DNA of 64,000 bases from Phoronis australis (GCA_002633005.1 NMRA01000193.1:512716-576715); one strand, 5' to 3'. Positions 42,801-54,514 are shown, counted from the first letter of the stretch. Notes: a model not told the origin generated them from the sequence alone. Program-made: numbers and translations.

Positions 42801-44117
42801 CGCGCGGAATACCCAAACGCAGTTTACAGCCTGTTTTGTTCCGGCAAGAGCTACTTTAGTATTACCAAATGTAACCACGACTTGCCTGTTACGAGGGTTT
42901 TTGCACTCCTCAAACACCCTGTCTATGTGATAAAGTGATTTGTAGGTAATGTTGATGGAAACACGAACACCAGCTGAGAAAGACAGATGTACGGTTAAGA
43001 AAGAGGTTCTGAAATTCTGACGTCCAGTAGGAACACTGACACTTGATGACACGTTCTTTTTCTTCTCTGAATAGGCACCTTCATAAATGTTTAGCTGGTA
43101 TTTTTTTTCATCGCCTTCTCTTTGAAATTGAGAAGGTGCTGACAAGTTCCAATTCAAAGCGACATCGTGTCCAATGGGAACAGATATTTCCCATACAAAA
43201 ATTCGTTGATCGTTAAGCTGGAAAGAGGGGGAGCAGCTAAGTCCAGTGATACAATTGATGATTCCTTCACTTTGAATTGGAAGCCTGATTACTCCCTGAA
43301 TCGTTTTGGGAATGGTACTTTGATTGGCGGTGTTATACAGCAATTCAAACCCTCTAGCAGTCATGCTATTGTCACTTTGAAACATCACTAACACCCGATC
43401 TGAATTTGGATAAACCAGGACATCCGTATGGAGTCCACAGTATCTACCTAAGACAGTACTGTTTTTGTACGGTCCATCATAAATTAGAAGCCTGTCGTAC
43501 TCGCAATTTGCTCCGGAATATTCCAGTTCCACGTACTTTAGAATTATCACCATTCTTTGTCCTCTTTCTACTGACAACTGAGCACTGCAATAAGCGAAAT
43601 TGGTGTATGTTGGTTTGTTGATAGTTTTGAACGCTCCAGAATTCCCCGTCTTAGTGTGGGCACAGTAGGTAACTGAGGTAAGACCGAAAACGTAACGATA
43701 CTTCAGAAACAATTTCGCTTGTGCAGACCCAAGGTGTCGGAATGTAATTTTCAAAACCCTTGCATCTATCATCCATACTCGCTCTTTCAGCTGTTCATGA
43801 CATCCACATAATACGTACTCTCGTTTTGTTTTCAAAGGAGCAGAGAACGTCATAAAACGAGCTTTAGGGCTCACCATAAACGAACGAATTTTTATATAAG
43901 TCCCCGTGATTGAGTTGCAAGAATTATTTTTCGACACAAAAAATTCAACAAAGCTCAACTCTATTCTATAAGGAAGTTGTGACGATGGCCACCCCAACGT
44001 CCAATCAAGCTGATCTCCTTGTAACGTTTGGTTATATGCTGCACCGGCGAAAATAACTTCACACGTTGTGCTTCGCATAAACATCAATAAAAGTTGAAAC
44101 TGGACAATTGGTTTCAT
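19431..44117 (-). CDS. GRL101: Gene A: giant GRL101-like (LGR type C2) GPCR, join(44117..41541, 26620..25662, 21810..19431), about 1971 aa; SP-CUB x~4-CTLD x2-LDLa x~7-LRR-7TM
   Basis: Three same-strand ORFs join at canonical, phase-matched GT-AG sites. GAG|gtaagt (41541) joins tattacag|GGT (26620) in phase 0, giving IYIGLIGE-GGDGSWTDGTQLRFTDW and completing a C-type lectin domain. TTCAG|gtatgc (25662) joins ttcgtttcag|G (21810) in phase 2, giving CDCKTAFR-CQSGECLPYSLYCD and completing an LDLa repeat. The lengths 2577+959+2380 = 5916 nt are in frame. The symbol marks family likeness, not proven orthology. Confidence 0.88.
22440..23445 (+). repeat. ~1-kb dispersed repeat, copy 1 (intron 2 of gene A)
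   Basis: It is a near-identical reverse complement of ~54515-55508 (e.g. cctaggttcgaccggcctacgtaaggaactaaacacca). Confidence 0.9.
24159..25407 (+). mobile_element. 5'-truncated, decayed Penelope-like retroelement (probably Naiad-type) with pLTR
   Basis: It has the RT C-terminus LPFLDVLI..KTSVYRKPT..SQCPLRYK and NNGYS. The GIY-YIG region reads LIYQFNCPHNEC..YVGNATCTLSRRLFMHLQNGSFKDHF. A trailing ORF start (MPLTLGDLLFQLP..) ends in tatatata. Confidence 0.85.
25662..26620 (-). CDS. Gene A coding exon 2: C-terminal half of CTLD1, CTLD-like domain 2, first LDLa repeat
   Basis: The frame is open from the acceptor at 26620 and is in frame with listed ORF 25652-26443. Motifs: WTDGTQLRFTDW, HWAKLPC..YICKK, CPEKWTFMKGRCLK..AKAMCLEKEARVASI, and CKDGTCIFEAQLCDGNLDCLGGDDEKAC. 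Confidence 0.88.
28273..32150. mobile_element. Decayed ISL2EU-like transposon: YqaJ-like exonuclease remnant (+, ~29960-30140) and THAP remnant (-, 31868-32089)
   Basis: The YqaJ-like peptide reads FHTAAVLHGTMYKSVALEKCESQ..SGLFV..YLTDTQVSLVGEDAL. The THAP-like peptide reads YCCYFPWCKSSTGGHKFPKD..WRIALKR..WMP. An inverted motif tgtactagtggtga / tcaccactagtaca lies near both ends. Confidence 0.65.
32181..33853 (+). mobile_element. Kolobok-like non-autonomous element with TTAA TSD
   Basis: Termini are TTAA|AGGAGCATGCCGCCC..GGGTGGCATTCTCCT|TTAA. The internal peptide GYQFEQEYSDEEILERRR resembles the N-terminus of a Kolobok accessory protein (inference). Confidence 0.75.
34850..36160 (-). mobile_element. 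Highly decayed piggyBac-like transposase remnant
   Basis: There is an acidic N-terminus (DADDDSVGDENYPLPDSSGED) and a downstream GFSVLV..KGHYSFNMYT segment resembling the piggyBac GxK..GY..F.IY region. The frame has many stops. Confidence 0.35.
37997..38460 (+). mobile_element. Helentron-associated interspersed element (HINE/DINE-1-like)
   Basis: It starts TTTTTATACGCCC and has the palindrome ccacatatttatatgtgg, a (GTCC)n tract, and repeated atgaaatttgg..cctagtggc cores. Confidence 0.7.
38490..39813 (-). mobile_element. Inverted, truncated second copy of the Kolobok-like element
   Basis: It matches the reverse complement of ~32181-33470 (acacctccgtctgccgtcaggtgtcaggtaacg; GYQLEPEYTDQEI). 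Confidence 0.85.
41541..44117 (-). CDS. Gene A coding exon 1: signal peptide, multiple CUB-like domains, N-terminal half of a C-type lectin domain
   Basis: The 875-aa ORF has a hydrophobic N-terminus. CUB motifs include CEYDRLLIYDG..LGRYCG..FQSDNSMTARGFELLY and CVWVFRA..YAVYDG..GPFC. The CTLD starts CPRGNYFQTNGKCY..TWNYARMQCEKDGAHLVSIADEKE..IYIGL. An upstream acceptor tttatctttcag at 44159-44170 implies a non-coding 5' exon. Confidence 0.9.
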
Positions 44118-44785
44118 GACTCCCCCGTAGTCGTTGCGCAGTCGTTCCAGATTAAATTCTGAAAGATAAAGTTACACATGAAAACTGAGGCATTGGTACA
44201 TTGAACGTCCACGCTACGAGGTCAAACATTGACCTTACAGGGCTCAGATAGGCAAAAATGACAAGACACGTACATTAGTCAAAACGTACATTTCTGACAG
44301 ATGTCCGTTATGCTACATCAACATCGAAATTGTGCACACAAATGATAATTCAAGAAATCCGTTTTCACAAAGTATAGTAACGTTTCATTAAGCACTTACA
44401 CTCATTTTAGCCACGTATTCAAATTTTAATGTTCTAAACAGATATGACACCATTGTTTCTCAAGTTACGCACTAACGAGTGAAGTTTAATCTACACGACA
44501 GATTTAGGAGTAAGTCTCCCTACAAGGACAACCATGACTACGATGTGGTTTGTAGCAGCTGCGCTGTTTCTATTCGTCAGACAACTGTAATTGGGTCCCT
44601 TAATTTACCACACCATAAATCTGCATATAGCACTGAAAGCAGGCCACGACATTAAAGGGCTCAAGTAAGAATACAACCCATATTTGTCGACATGTTCCTT
44701 TACAGGTAATACAAAAACAGGAGTTGGATTGACCTGAGACGTTACTCCTTCAGCAAAGGAGCTATTCGACAATCTTTACTTCAAT

Positions 44786-47700
44786 AGAGGGCGCGCGTGT
44801 ACTAGTGATGATAGATTAAGCAGCTTCGATTTCGCGAGCCCTTTGATACATGATGAAATGCTTGCAACCGTGCACACTGAATCTGCGATTGCGTGAAAAG
44901 GATGTTTCTACGAGAGGAAGTAAGCATGACCTTATAGAAAGGTATGATTTGTGATTATTTTACCGATTATTTCATGTTTACAATACTGATGCCTGTTAAC
45001 TGAAGTACTGGCTCATGCCGACTCCTCTTCAGTCGCCAGTCGGGTTAATCGTTGTTTGTTGGGACGTGATACGATACTCGGGATCTTTTCGTACGTAAAG
45101 CAGGCGTGCGTTCAGTAGACGCTAGGACCTACGGTAGGACCTAGCTAAAATCTAGTCAAAGTCACGTGTTCTTATTTAAAATACACGGCAATATCTCACG
45201 TAATCTTGTGCAGTCTTGCTTTTTAGCAAGGTCCTAGCGTTACTAAACGGGAGGCGGTATTATTGTTTGGAATGATTTCGAACAGGTTTATTAGTGACGG
45301 TTACATCAATCAGTGCTGAATGTTTATGCTGTAAACTCGATTTTGGTTAGTGAGGTAAGATTACAATCTAAACCCGAAGGGTAAGTGACAAATATCCATT
45401 AGACTATTACTTTACTCGCTATCCTATGTTGTCTCGAAATCTATTACACATTGACACGCTTGTTTTCACATGACATTTGGTTTTTAGGCTTGAGGGCTAG
45501 GACGAGCAAAGGAAATATTCGTCGCTTCTGCAACCGTCCCTGAATGGACAAAAATTGGTTTTAAGCAGTTGACTGCATCTAACCAGCAAGATCCTCCATC
45601 CAGTGCAGATCTGTTGCCAAAGCCTACATTCTATATCGGAGACAAAGAACAAAGCCTTTGAAAAGGAACAGCTATTTTTAAAGAACGGTATGTAAGTTAT
45701 TTTGTTAATTTACTTATTCAGGTTCTTTGCGAGAGGTTGGCATAGGGATTGGGGTTGTTGAACTTGGTGCAACTGAATGTGTGGAAATAACAGGTAATAG
45801 GGTCTGGGGGAAAGAGCATAGTGAGGTAATTCTTTCAAAGTTCATGAAACTGTTTTGCTATCCATTGTGAACCCATAAAAATACATTACATTTGATGAAT
45901 TCTCTATGACGTAACAGTCTCAACTCATGCCTTAAAATATTACAAGCTGTTTATAAATTCATATGACTGCCATTTTTGTGAAAAGTGCATTTTTGGTGTG
46001 AACATAGGAGTGAGGTCGTATCTGAACATACTATTCTTACTAAGTCTGCCATTACGCAAGCAATGGTGCCTTAGGATTTTTAATTACTACTAAGCAACAG
46101 AAAAAATATCCACCATTTTAAATGACCCAGTCTTCATATCTACTATTAGAAGAAAAATTAAACGGTTCCCTTATCCTTAGACCTGAAGTGTGCTTGACAG
46201 ACCCATGGATCTGTAATCGGTCTTTAAAATTGCTGAAAGTATCAAAAGTCAAAAGGACCGAAAATGGGTAACAGAGGCTTGGAGTTGTCTCAAATAACTT
46301 GCATATTTTGTAGACAAGTGATGCATTTAAAGACTTTTTATTGCTTAAGAATGAAATATAAGGACGCAGTTTTATACAATACTTACTATATAAACTCTTG
46401 CTTTCCGGAAATAGTAAGTATTTAATTTTGTGTGAAATTGTAGAGTAGTTACCATGTTGTATTTTTGAAAAACAGGGTCAACATTTTTTACCCAACCTGA
46501 AGTACTTAATTACCGGTATTCATGTTTCAATATTTGTCCCAGGTTCAGTGACATTTTTAAGACCACTTCAAGCCGTAACATAGACAAGGTTTCTCACTCC
46601 TTTCTCTTCCCGCAGCAAGTCCCCACACCAGTAGTGCTGCATGGCAAAATGCACAAGCCAGTGGTCCTGAAGAAATGTGAATCGCAGTTCTAAGTTACCA
46701 TAAGAAAATGTGCCCGTGGATTATTTATGTGTGAAGAGGAACTATATCTGACTGCTACACCAGCCAGCCTCGTTCGTGAGGAAACCCTTTCATAGGCAAT
46801 GAGTCATGTGTGGACAACAATGGCTTATTTCCTTTCCTGGAAGAAACATGAGGGACTGAAGCTAAAGAAGACCTAGTAACAATCTGGTGTAGTCCAGGAT
46901 CTGGTTTTGGGCATAAGACGAGTCAGTGATATGCTGTTGTGTTTACTTTCAAGGACCTAATTGTGGATGTTTTTTTTGAGGCTGACTGAGGTGCCGAAAC
47001 TGGACCTTTTTTCAAGCGCTTCTATGAGCCATTGAAACCAAATCCTTGTAAAATGGAAAGCAAAAACATCTAAATACATGTCCTTTTCATTGAGTAACAT
47101 TAACATTTCCTTTCAGAAGAAAGGCTTTATTCTAATGGTAAAAAATTTTCAGTTTGGTACACATTATGCGGAATTGACATTCAATGACTGTATCGATTGA
47201 TGATCGAATAAATTTTTCATCAACAGTAAAGTTTTTCACTAATTATTCAAACCCCAGCATTTTTTTCAGTTTTAAAGCCCCATACAGTGCAGTAGTGCTG
47301 CTTCTTTATAAAGCTGAAATTGTTACCGATTACGCTTGCGAATCATGCTCACCTATAGAAATGTCCGGCGATCAAAACAAAGTATTCCCTTTTTGTTTGC
47401 ATTTGATTTTCGTGTGTGTAACTACTTTTAGAGCTTTCTTAAGAAGGCCTTTGGACAGTTTTAAGTTTTGTGTTAACTTGTCTATAACAAAAGTCACAAA
47501 TGCAAGCAAAATTTGTTTTCAATCGTAGCTACATGTAGCTGGATAAGAATCTTCTATGCACAAGATTCGAGAATAAACAATAATCAGTGTATTGAAAAAC
47601 AAAATGGCAAACTGAGCAACCAAATACATACAATGAAACAGCATTGTTAAAAGCAATTGTAAGTTCCCCACAATCATGGAACAAGGGCTGACTTTCTGAA

Positions 47701-48040
47701 TTGAGAGGTTCACTTCTCTCAGGTTATTGCTTTCTGAATTGAGAGGTTCACTTCTCTCAGGCTATTGCTGAAGGTCAGCTTTTCACTTTGTCGAAAGGTA
47801 AAATGGCTGGTTTCAGTCATTTTCTCTCACCTGTAACATAGTAGTCAGAAAAATATTTTCAAATTATAAAAGAAAACACAAGACAGAACTACTTTTGTTA
47901 GGTAGAACACACTTGGCATTTCTTCTTCATGTTTACATGTTGAGACTTATAATCTTTGTAACCAAGCATTATTTAACATCTGAATTAAAATATGTAAAAT
48001 AGGCTAAAAGTGGTTTAAACACGTGTATTTTTCATGACAA
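44786..48040. mobile_element. Second, right-truncated direct copy of the 28273-32150 element
   Basis: It is collinear over about 3.2 kb from aatagagggcgcgcgtgtactagtg. The YqaJ-like peptide YLTATPASLVREETL is at ~46740-46790. Confidence 0.85.
45104..45254. mobile_element. ~150-bp MITE nested in the ISL2EU-like copy; related copy at ~34508-34620
   Basis: It is absent from the 28.6-kb copy. TIRs are cgttcagtagacgctaggacct..aggtcctagcgttactaaacg, flanked by cag/cgg. Confidence 0.75.
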
Positions 48041-49334
48041 AATTCTTATACCATTTCTTGATACATATGACAATTATCAAGCTTTACTTCTTGAGTTCCT
48101 TATCTGCTGAAAATGTCTTAAGAAATTTGTAACAGCTTATCACATCAAAGAAAATCAGTCGACCGGAGCGAAGCAGACACAGTCACAGTGTCTGATTTAG
48201 CCAGGGGGCAAGATGAGTTCATTCTCCCCTACACTTGACACCATAGACATCACATAGACCAGGCTCGTGCCACTCAGATACATGAAGCTCGCGTTGTCAA
48301 TATGACGCGATATTGGAGAGCGCTCCACAAGACGAAAATGGCGAAAAACACTGGGAGCCCTACGGCATCAGTCAGAAAATGCGAGTCATTGAGTCATGGG
48401 TTTTTTGGTTAGGCCATGGAGTTTAGTGGTGCTGCAACAAGGTTTTTATGTTCTGCCACCATAGTTTACTAACTCGGCAGCCATGGAAATAAGTGCATCT
48501 AAGTGAATAGCGCATTCTCTATTGAAATATATGCTGCTTTTAAAATCTCATTTCTTAATATGTATTCCAAAATCAGTTTTCTGTTGTATCAAAACAAACA
48601 AATTCCTGTAAAATCTGTACCTTATGTCGAAGTTGATATTGGACCTTCCTTAGATTTGCTCTGCTTGCTTACGAGCTATTTGTTTTGCGACTCAAAACTT
48701 GCGCAAAAAAGTAAAGTGCATACTAACCAAACAATCAAACCTGTACGACTGAATTGCGCATCCAATCTTTACTCAAAATACAGAATTTCCCACTCGAAAC
48801 CGAATGAAAATATACCCAACCGAGCCGATGTAGCATTAGTTATGACCCCGTGAAAAATGACCCCGGTCAGTTTTTTCACAGGGTCTAAATTTAATGTGAG
48901 GAATTTTCAGCCCATGAAAAAATGACCCCATGTCTGTGAAATCCTGTCTTGTAATTATTCATCGGTTTCTCCGCAACAGGGGGTTGGGATAAGCAGACAG
49001 CGTACGTGAGAGAAGAATTTATTTTAAATTTATCGGCGGAGGGTCGTGAAGTACGTATATACGAGATATTCAATGTTATTGAAGAAAAATCCGTATGGTT
49101 ATCATGTTTTGATTGCACGAATATTTTGAACATACACCAATTTGTCAAAATGCTAACGAATATATCAAAAAATCCTTATCACCTGGAATGTAGTTGACTG
49201 CATCAGCTGCATGTTTAAAACATCATCATGCTTTGTAAAGATAGACAGGTGTCCTTCGTAACTGCTATAAATCCACCTGTTGTCAAAAAGTTTGTTTGCG
49301 GAAGACAAGGAACCTTTACAGAGCTGATCTCATT

Positions 49335-50270
49335 TCACGACCCTCTCGAACCAAGACCCCCTCGACCCACGACACCTTCGATCCACGACCCCTCGACCCA
49401 CGACCCCCTTGACCCATAGTCGCCTCGACCCACAACACCCCGACACACAATTCCCTTGACCTACGATCTACGGCACTAGATTTATATGCGCATTTCACAA
49501 TCATATTACCTCGTTAAGTGACACAAGACTTACCTATACGCGGATCTGCTCTGGCTCAAGGCTAGTGGTTAAAGACAGAAAGTGGCGTGGGAACATGATC
49601 TGAAGTAGCGGATTGTGAGCGTGTTATCGTTGTCATGGAAATAGTTCCACGAGTGGCTACCAGTGGTCCTATTCTACCATGGTTCTATTAAACTTAGGGA
49701 GAGAGTACGTTAACGTGACTACACATAGTTTCACATTCTTATTATTTGCTTTCTGTCGTATAGTCGTTTACAATATACTGCACGTAACTTTGAGATGCTT
49801 TTTAGTTAACTGAAGAAATTTCATAATCGTAGCCTTTTCGCACTCTCCCGAAAATAGTTTGAATCTAACATTCTCTGAAGAGCAGACGAGACGATTACAC
49901 TCTGCCGGGAACGAGACGATTTGTAACGTTGGTAGGTCCTTGGTTTGATTGGGTGGCGTTTTCTCGGCTTTGGGTTTCAAAGTTGCCGAATCAACTCTCT
50001 TAAATTGCAAAAAACATGGAAAAGGCAGACAAATTCACGACCAGACTCGTTGATCGTGCAAGTCTGTTCTTGTTCTATGTTCAGATCGAGTCGAGTACAC
50101 TATGTGGAGGGGTTGTGGGCCGTAGGTAGAGGAGGACGTTGGTGGAGGGGGTCGTTGGTGGAGGGGGTCGTAGGTCGAGGGAGTCGTGGGTCGAGGGGGG
50201 TCGAGGGGTCGAGGTAGTCGTGGGTTGAGGAGTCGTGGATCGAGGCAGTCGTGGGGTGTGGGAGTCAAGG
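49335..50270. repeat. Inverted pair of C-rich / G-rich ~14-15-bp tandem arrays (cctcgacccacgacc) flanking ~640 bp
   Basis: 49335-49470 and 50108-50270 are complementary arrays. Confidence 0.75.
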
Positions 50271-51389
50271 GGTTTTAGAACAATCCATTTATTTTAGAAC
50301 ACCACAGTTTTAGAGTTCATTCTAAAAATACCCGGCCACTACTTAAAAAGGCAAAATGGCGGTTTCCACGCAGTTATTCTTAAAACTGCATGTAAGTAAA
50401 TGTTTGAAGATTTTTGCAAAAGATTCAATGTTTTCAGAAGAAAAAACAGTTGAATGGTTACCAGAAGAAAACAACCTTGATCTGTTGAGCCATCATATTT
50501 TCAGTTAACTGCCAGTTGTTACATTGCAAGATAGTTCATAATCCATAGTATGGTAATTTGTGGTATTCCTGGAGGGATGCGCACGGGTACATGCACTTGA
50601 TGGGCAACCGGGAGTGCGCCCGAAATGGGGCATCGGGCATTCCTTCAAACATTTTTTCGGATTTTATAAGTGAATTCTGGTTCTTGACAGAAGTAACCAG
50701 GACGTGGTCATAAAAAATCGTACCCATGGCACTTTGATCCATGCAGCGAGCTTTTATACCTGTAGATGTTATTTTTAATTGAACTCACGTTTTTGTTTGT
50801 TTGGACAGCATGTCTTGATACTGCTGTGTTTCCTATGAAGATTATATTCTCTCGTTTCTATGGCCAATTTGATTTTTTCTACTTCCTCTAATGAATAGTT
50901 GACAGAGCCAAATTTAATAAAAACAAGGAAGCAATTGCCCAGCGCCGCAGCTCTAACAGAGGACGTCGTCTGTGATGAGGAGCCTTAATACGAAATGCAA
51001 TCTTCGCAAACATTTCAGTATGAAAGGGTTGTTCTACAAAGTAACAGTTGATTCCATCTCAGAGATTCCGTCATCGGATCACTCTCATTCCATCATGCAA
51101 GCCAAATCTTTTAACAAAGTTTTGAGCGATTTAACAAAAAACAGGAAAGAGTGGCAATCTTTTCCGTCATTTGAGAGACACAGATGAGCGAGTTAAAAAT
51201 TTTATCAATAAGAAAAACAATAAAAGGGTTGACATATATGGAATGTGCGGGCCCCTTTTCGGAGTTTTGTTTTTTTCCACATGATACACAATTTCAAAGA
51301 AAACCCGGAAAAAAGGAGCAGACTCGCCCTCCACGCTTCCTACGCCCACAAATAATACTTTTCAGTGACATTAAATTCAATAAAGTGGA

Positions 51390-52600
51390 CATAATAACAA
51401 CACCAATAACAATACGAATAACAATAACAATAATAGTAAAAATAATAATAATAATGTGGTTTGCACTTCGTTATGATTCTTAATTCCCGTCTTGTCCTTA
51501 TTCGCGTTTCCTTGCTAAGAATTAGTACATGCTTTGTTAAACGGCAATCTTAATATTAAAAAACTCCATCACGAATTACTTTTCATCGCTGTTATTAGGT
51601 TTTTAAAGAACATTAAAAGTACATCGTATCATTTCTGTTCCTTGCGAATAGTTATTTAGACTGGCTTGTAATTACTCTGTCTTATCCATACATGGACGTC
51701 TTTTAAAATATTAAGCAGATCGTGTGTTAGTCCATGATCACTATATTTCTGTTGATGTGTCTTCTCTGTTACTATATTTGCATGAATAAGTAATTTGTGC
51801 AACCCACAAAAACACTTAGTAAATTGGACGTGTTATTTGTGTTATGGATAACCTTGTTGTAAAAGCGTGTATGTTACGTTCGCCTAGACCAACTGGGTGT
51901 TTGTTTTGCGCCGGACGCAGCTTTATGCTGCAAGCGTTCAAGTAAAATCAGGACCTAACTCAAGCGCCATTATACATACCATCACAGTAGTCAAAATGGG
52001 GCAGAATGAAGGCACATACAGTTTCTAGATGACAGCAGATCACCGTTCTGTAAAGCTGTTTTATAACATAGAAATTTTTACAATTGTTTGTCCCTCGGCA
52101 AAAAATTACAAGAGTTTGCCGTTGTAATCGTGATATCATTGATGTAGTCAGGACATTGATTATTAAAGTGGATGCTGGAATTATGTATCAGGAATTTAGA
52201 TTTTGCCACCAAGGTTTTCGCAGAAAACTCTTATTTCCAAGTCGCGTATCGGCTTTCTTGTTCCTGCCTGACGCGCGGGGAACATGGTTCTGTTGTCTTT
52301 TGTAATTAATGGTGCGCTGTTGCTTTTATTATGTTAAGTCAATTATATTGTTCGTACATGTAGTTGTAAAGCTTCTGTAAAACCTTTACTTTTTTACTGA
52401 TCTCTGATTGTGAACGATGAACCATGATTTGTCATTTGTGTGCGCGAGCTTATTCTTAGTTGGAACTTTTTTCAAAAATATAAATACGTCATTTGTTAGA
52501 TACGTGCTGGCTCTGTCAATGATGGCCCCATACAGTATCTCATACCAAGCTGAGCTTCCAATGTCGTCTGCGTAAAGTATACAATGCTACAGCGCAGAAT
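51390..52600 (-). mobile_element. CR1/L2-type LINE 3' fragment with (TAT)n tail
   Basis: Minus-strand LYADDI (~52560-52578) and FILPHFDYCD (~51980-52012) are present. An (AAT/AAC)n run at 51390-51455 forms the tail. Confidence 0.7.
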
Positions 52601-53109
52601 ATGTATAGATTATTACATGGCGAAGTCGTTATCCCCCGTTATCTAGAGCCCGAGTGGATTTTGGAGAATTATCGCCCGAGGGGCGTTAGCCCCGAGGGTG
52701 ATAATTCTCCAAAATCCACGAGGGCTGTAGATAACGGGGGATAACGACTGAGAACATGTAATAATCTATTTATACCACATACTAAACGAGAAACATTGCA
52801 ATGAATCGATCTACCCTTCTCGACTCGCCTTGGCTTTGTAACTACATTCTAGGTAAGAGGCCCGGGGTCAGAGGTCCTGACCTTTTAAGAAAAGCCGAGC
52901 TTTTTTGTCAAAACCAATTGGAAATTTAAACAAAATAGAAATGAAGTGAATCTATAAATTAAGGTTTAGCAACTGTTATAGCTTACTACACATTTTATCA
53001 CGCTAAGCTTCGACCGGGAAATCATCGTCTGCTAAAGTAGGTTACCACTAGTAACTGTGTATAATGCTCAAGTCAAAGGATTCCGACCACACGACACCTG
53101 CATTCAAAT

Positions 53110-54178
53110 AGCGGAGTTGCAACGCCGCCATATTGGAAATGGGTCAGAATGTTGCATTGTGGTTAAGCCGGTAAACAAGTACGTCGGCAAGCGTGGGGGC
53201 GAACCGGCCACAGGGAGGTTATACGTGTTGTGTGCCTGGCATGCTATAATACCAGTTAGCGAAATAAAAAATTTAGTTACTACCTGTTTCCCAAGGATCA
53301 AGAACTGCGTTAAACATGGGTCAGAGACATCGNNNNNNNNNNNNNNNNNNNNNNNNNNNNNNNNNNNNNNNNNNNNNNNNNNNNNNNNNNNNNNNNNNNN
53401 NNNNNNNNNNNNNNNNNNNNNNNNNNNNNNNNNNNNNNNNNNNNNNNNNNNNNNNNNNNNNNNNNNNNNNNNNNNNNNNNNNNNNNNNNNNNNNNNNNNN
53501 NNNNNNNNNNNNNNNNNNNNNNNNNNNNNNNNNNNNNNNNNNNNNNNNNNNNNNNNNNNNNNNNNNNNNNNNNNNNNNNNNNNNNNNNNNNNNNNNNNNN
53601 NNNNNNNNNNNNNNNNNNNNNNNNNNNNNNNNNNNNNNNNNNNNNNNNNNNNNNNNNNNNNNNNNNNNNNNNNNNNNNNNNNNNNNNNNNNNNNNNNNNN
53701 NNNNNNNNNNNNNNNNNNNNNNNNNNNNNNNNNNNNNNNNNNNNNNNNNNNNNNNNNNNNNNNNNNNNNNNNNNNNNNNNNNNNNNNNNNNNNNNNNNNN
53801 NNNNNNNNNNNNNNNNNNNNNNNTACGGACATAACGGTGAGGCTCGTGGTCCGTTACAAATTCAGGCTGTCGGATCTTTCAATTGATAAATTGGAGACGT
53901 TAGAACTGTAGGTAAGGGCATTTTTCGCATGTAGTTCATGGGCTGGGCGCTTACTTTAGCAAAGTCTGAAAACGCGTTGGGGCACTTGTTGAGCCATGGG
54001 CGCTAATTAGGGCGAATAGCGGCAGAATTACATACAGCAGCGTAGTTTAATGCACACAAATTACACGTCGTGCAAACCAGTCGGTCATCCCGTTTACCAT
54101 CAACAATCCCAGTAGCCTTTGCGCACCCTAATTTCCGGACATGCGCAATCGTTAAATCGATTCGGTTGCAACTCCGCT
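53110..54178 (+). mobile_element. Second THAP/AT-TSD element (contains the assembly gap)
   Basis: TIRs are AT|AGCGGAGTTGCAAC..GTTGCAACTCCGCT|AT. A frameshifted GGYTCCVPG THAP start lies at ~53214-53330. Confidence 0.78.
53333..53823. other. Assembly gap (N run)
   Basis: Read directly from the sequence. Confidence 1.
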
Positions 54179-54327
54179 ATTGGTGATCAGTTATTTACAA
54201 GTGAGAGAACACGAGAGAAAAATTTCACTGAATTAAAATATCGTTTTTATGGAAATAATGCGTCTTATTTTTCATAGCGTATTGTCGGTGCAATGCCCTT
54301 TGCTGAACATGTGATTGTTGCGCGTCA

Positions 54328-54400
54328 GCCGCTGAGTGGTTTAGTGGTAAAGTCGGCGACTCGCAACTGTTGAGGCCCGGGTTCGAATCCGGCCTCGGTT
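54328..54400 (+). ncRNA. tRNA-derived Pol III cassette (pseudo-tRNA) inside a repeat
   Basis: It has the A-box TGGTTTAGTGG and the B-box/T-arm CCGGGTTCGAATCCGG, but imperfect acceptor and anticodon stems. Homologs lie at 11964-12036 (-) and ~23703-23783 (+). Confidence 0.6.
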
Positions 54401-54514
54401 TCCCGCCACAATGTTATCTCACTTGTGAGATAACTTTATGGGTTATTACACGGTTGTATCTGCCATTCGAGGCTAATATTGTGGTATAATAGATAGGTAT
54501 CTTGAATACGTATT

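Larger units (their letters stand above)
52605..54490 (+). mobile_element. Hairpin/tRNA-cassette element (copy 2), interrupted by a THAP element
   Basis: It matches the reverse complement of 11870-12725 on both sides of the 53110-54178 insertion. Confidence 0.75.

Noticed and set aside
47692-47768. ~38-bp tandem duplication
   Set aside because: It is a local slippage event within a decayed transposon copy, with no evident function.
53057-53911. Long ORFs of 172-284 aa
   Set aside because: They are artefacts of translating through the N gap.
54328-54400. Functional tRNA gene
   Set aside because: The acceptor and anticodon stems are broken, and the sequence is embedded in a dispersed repeat with divergent copies.
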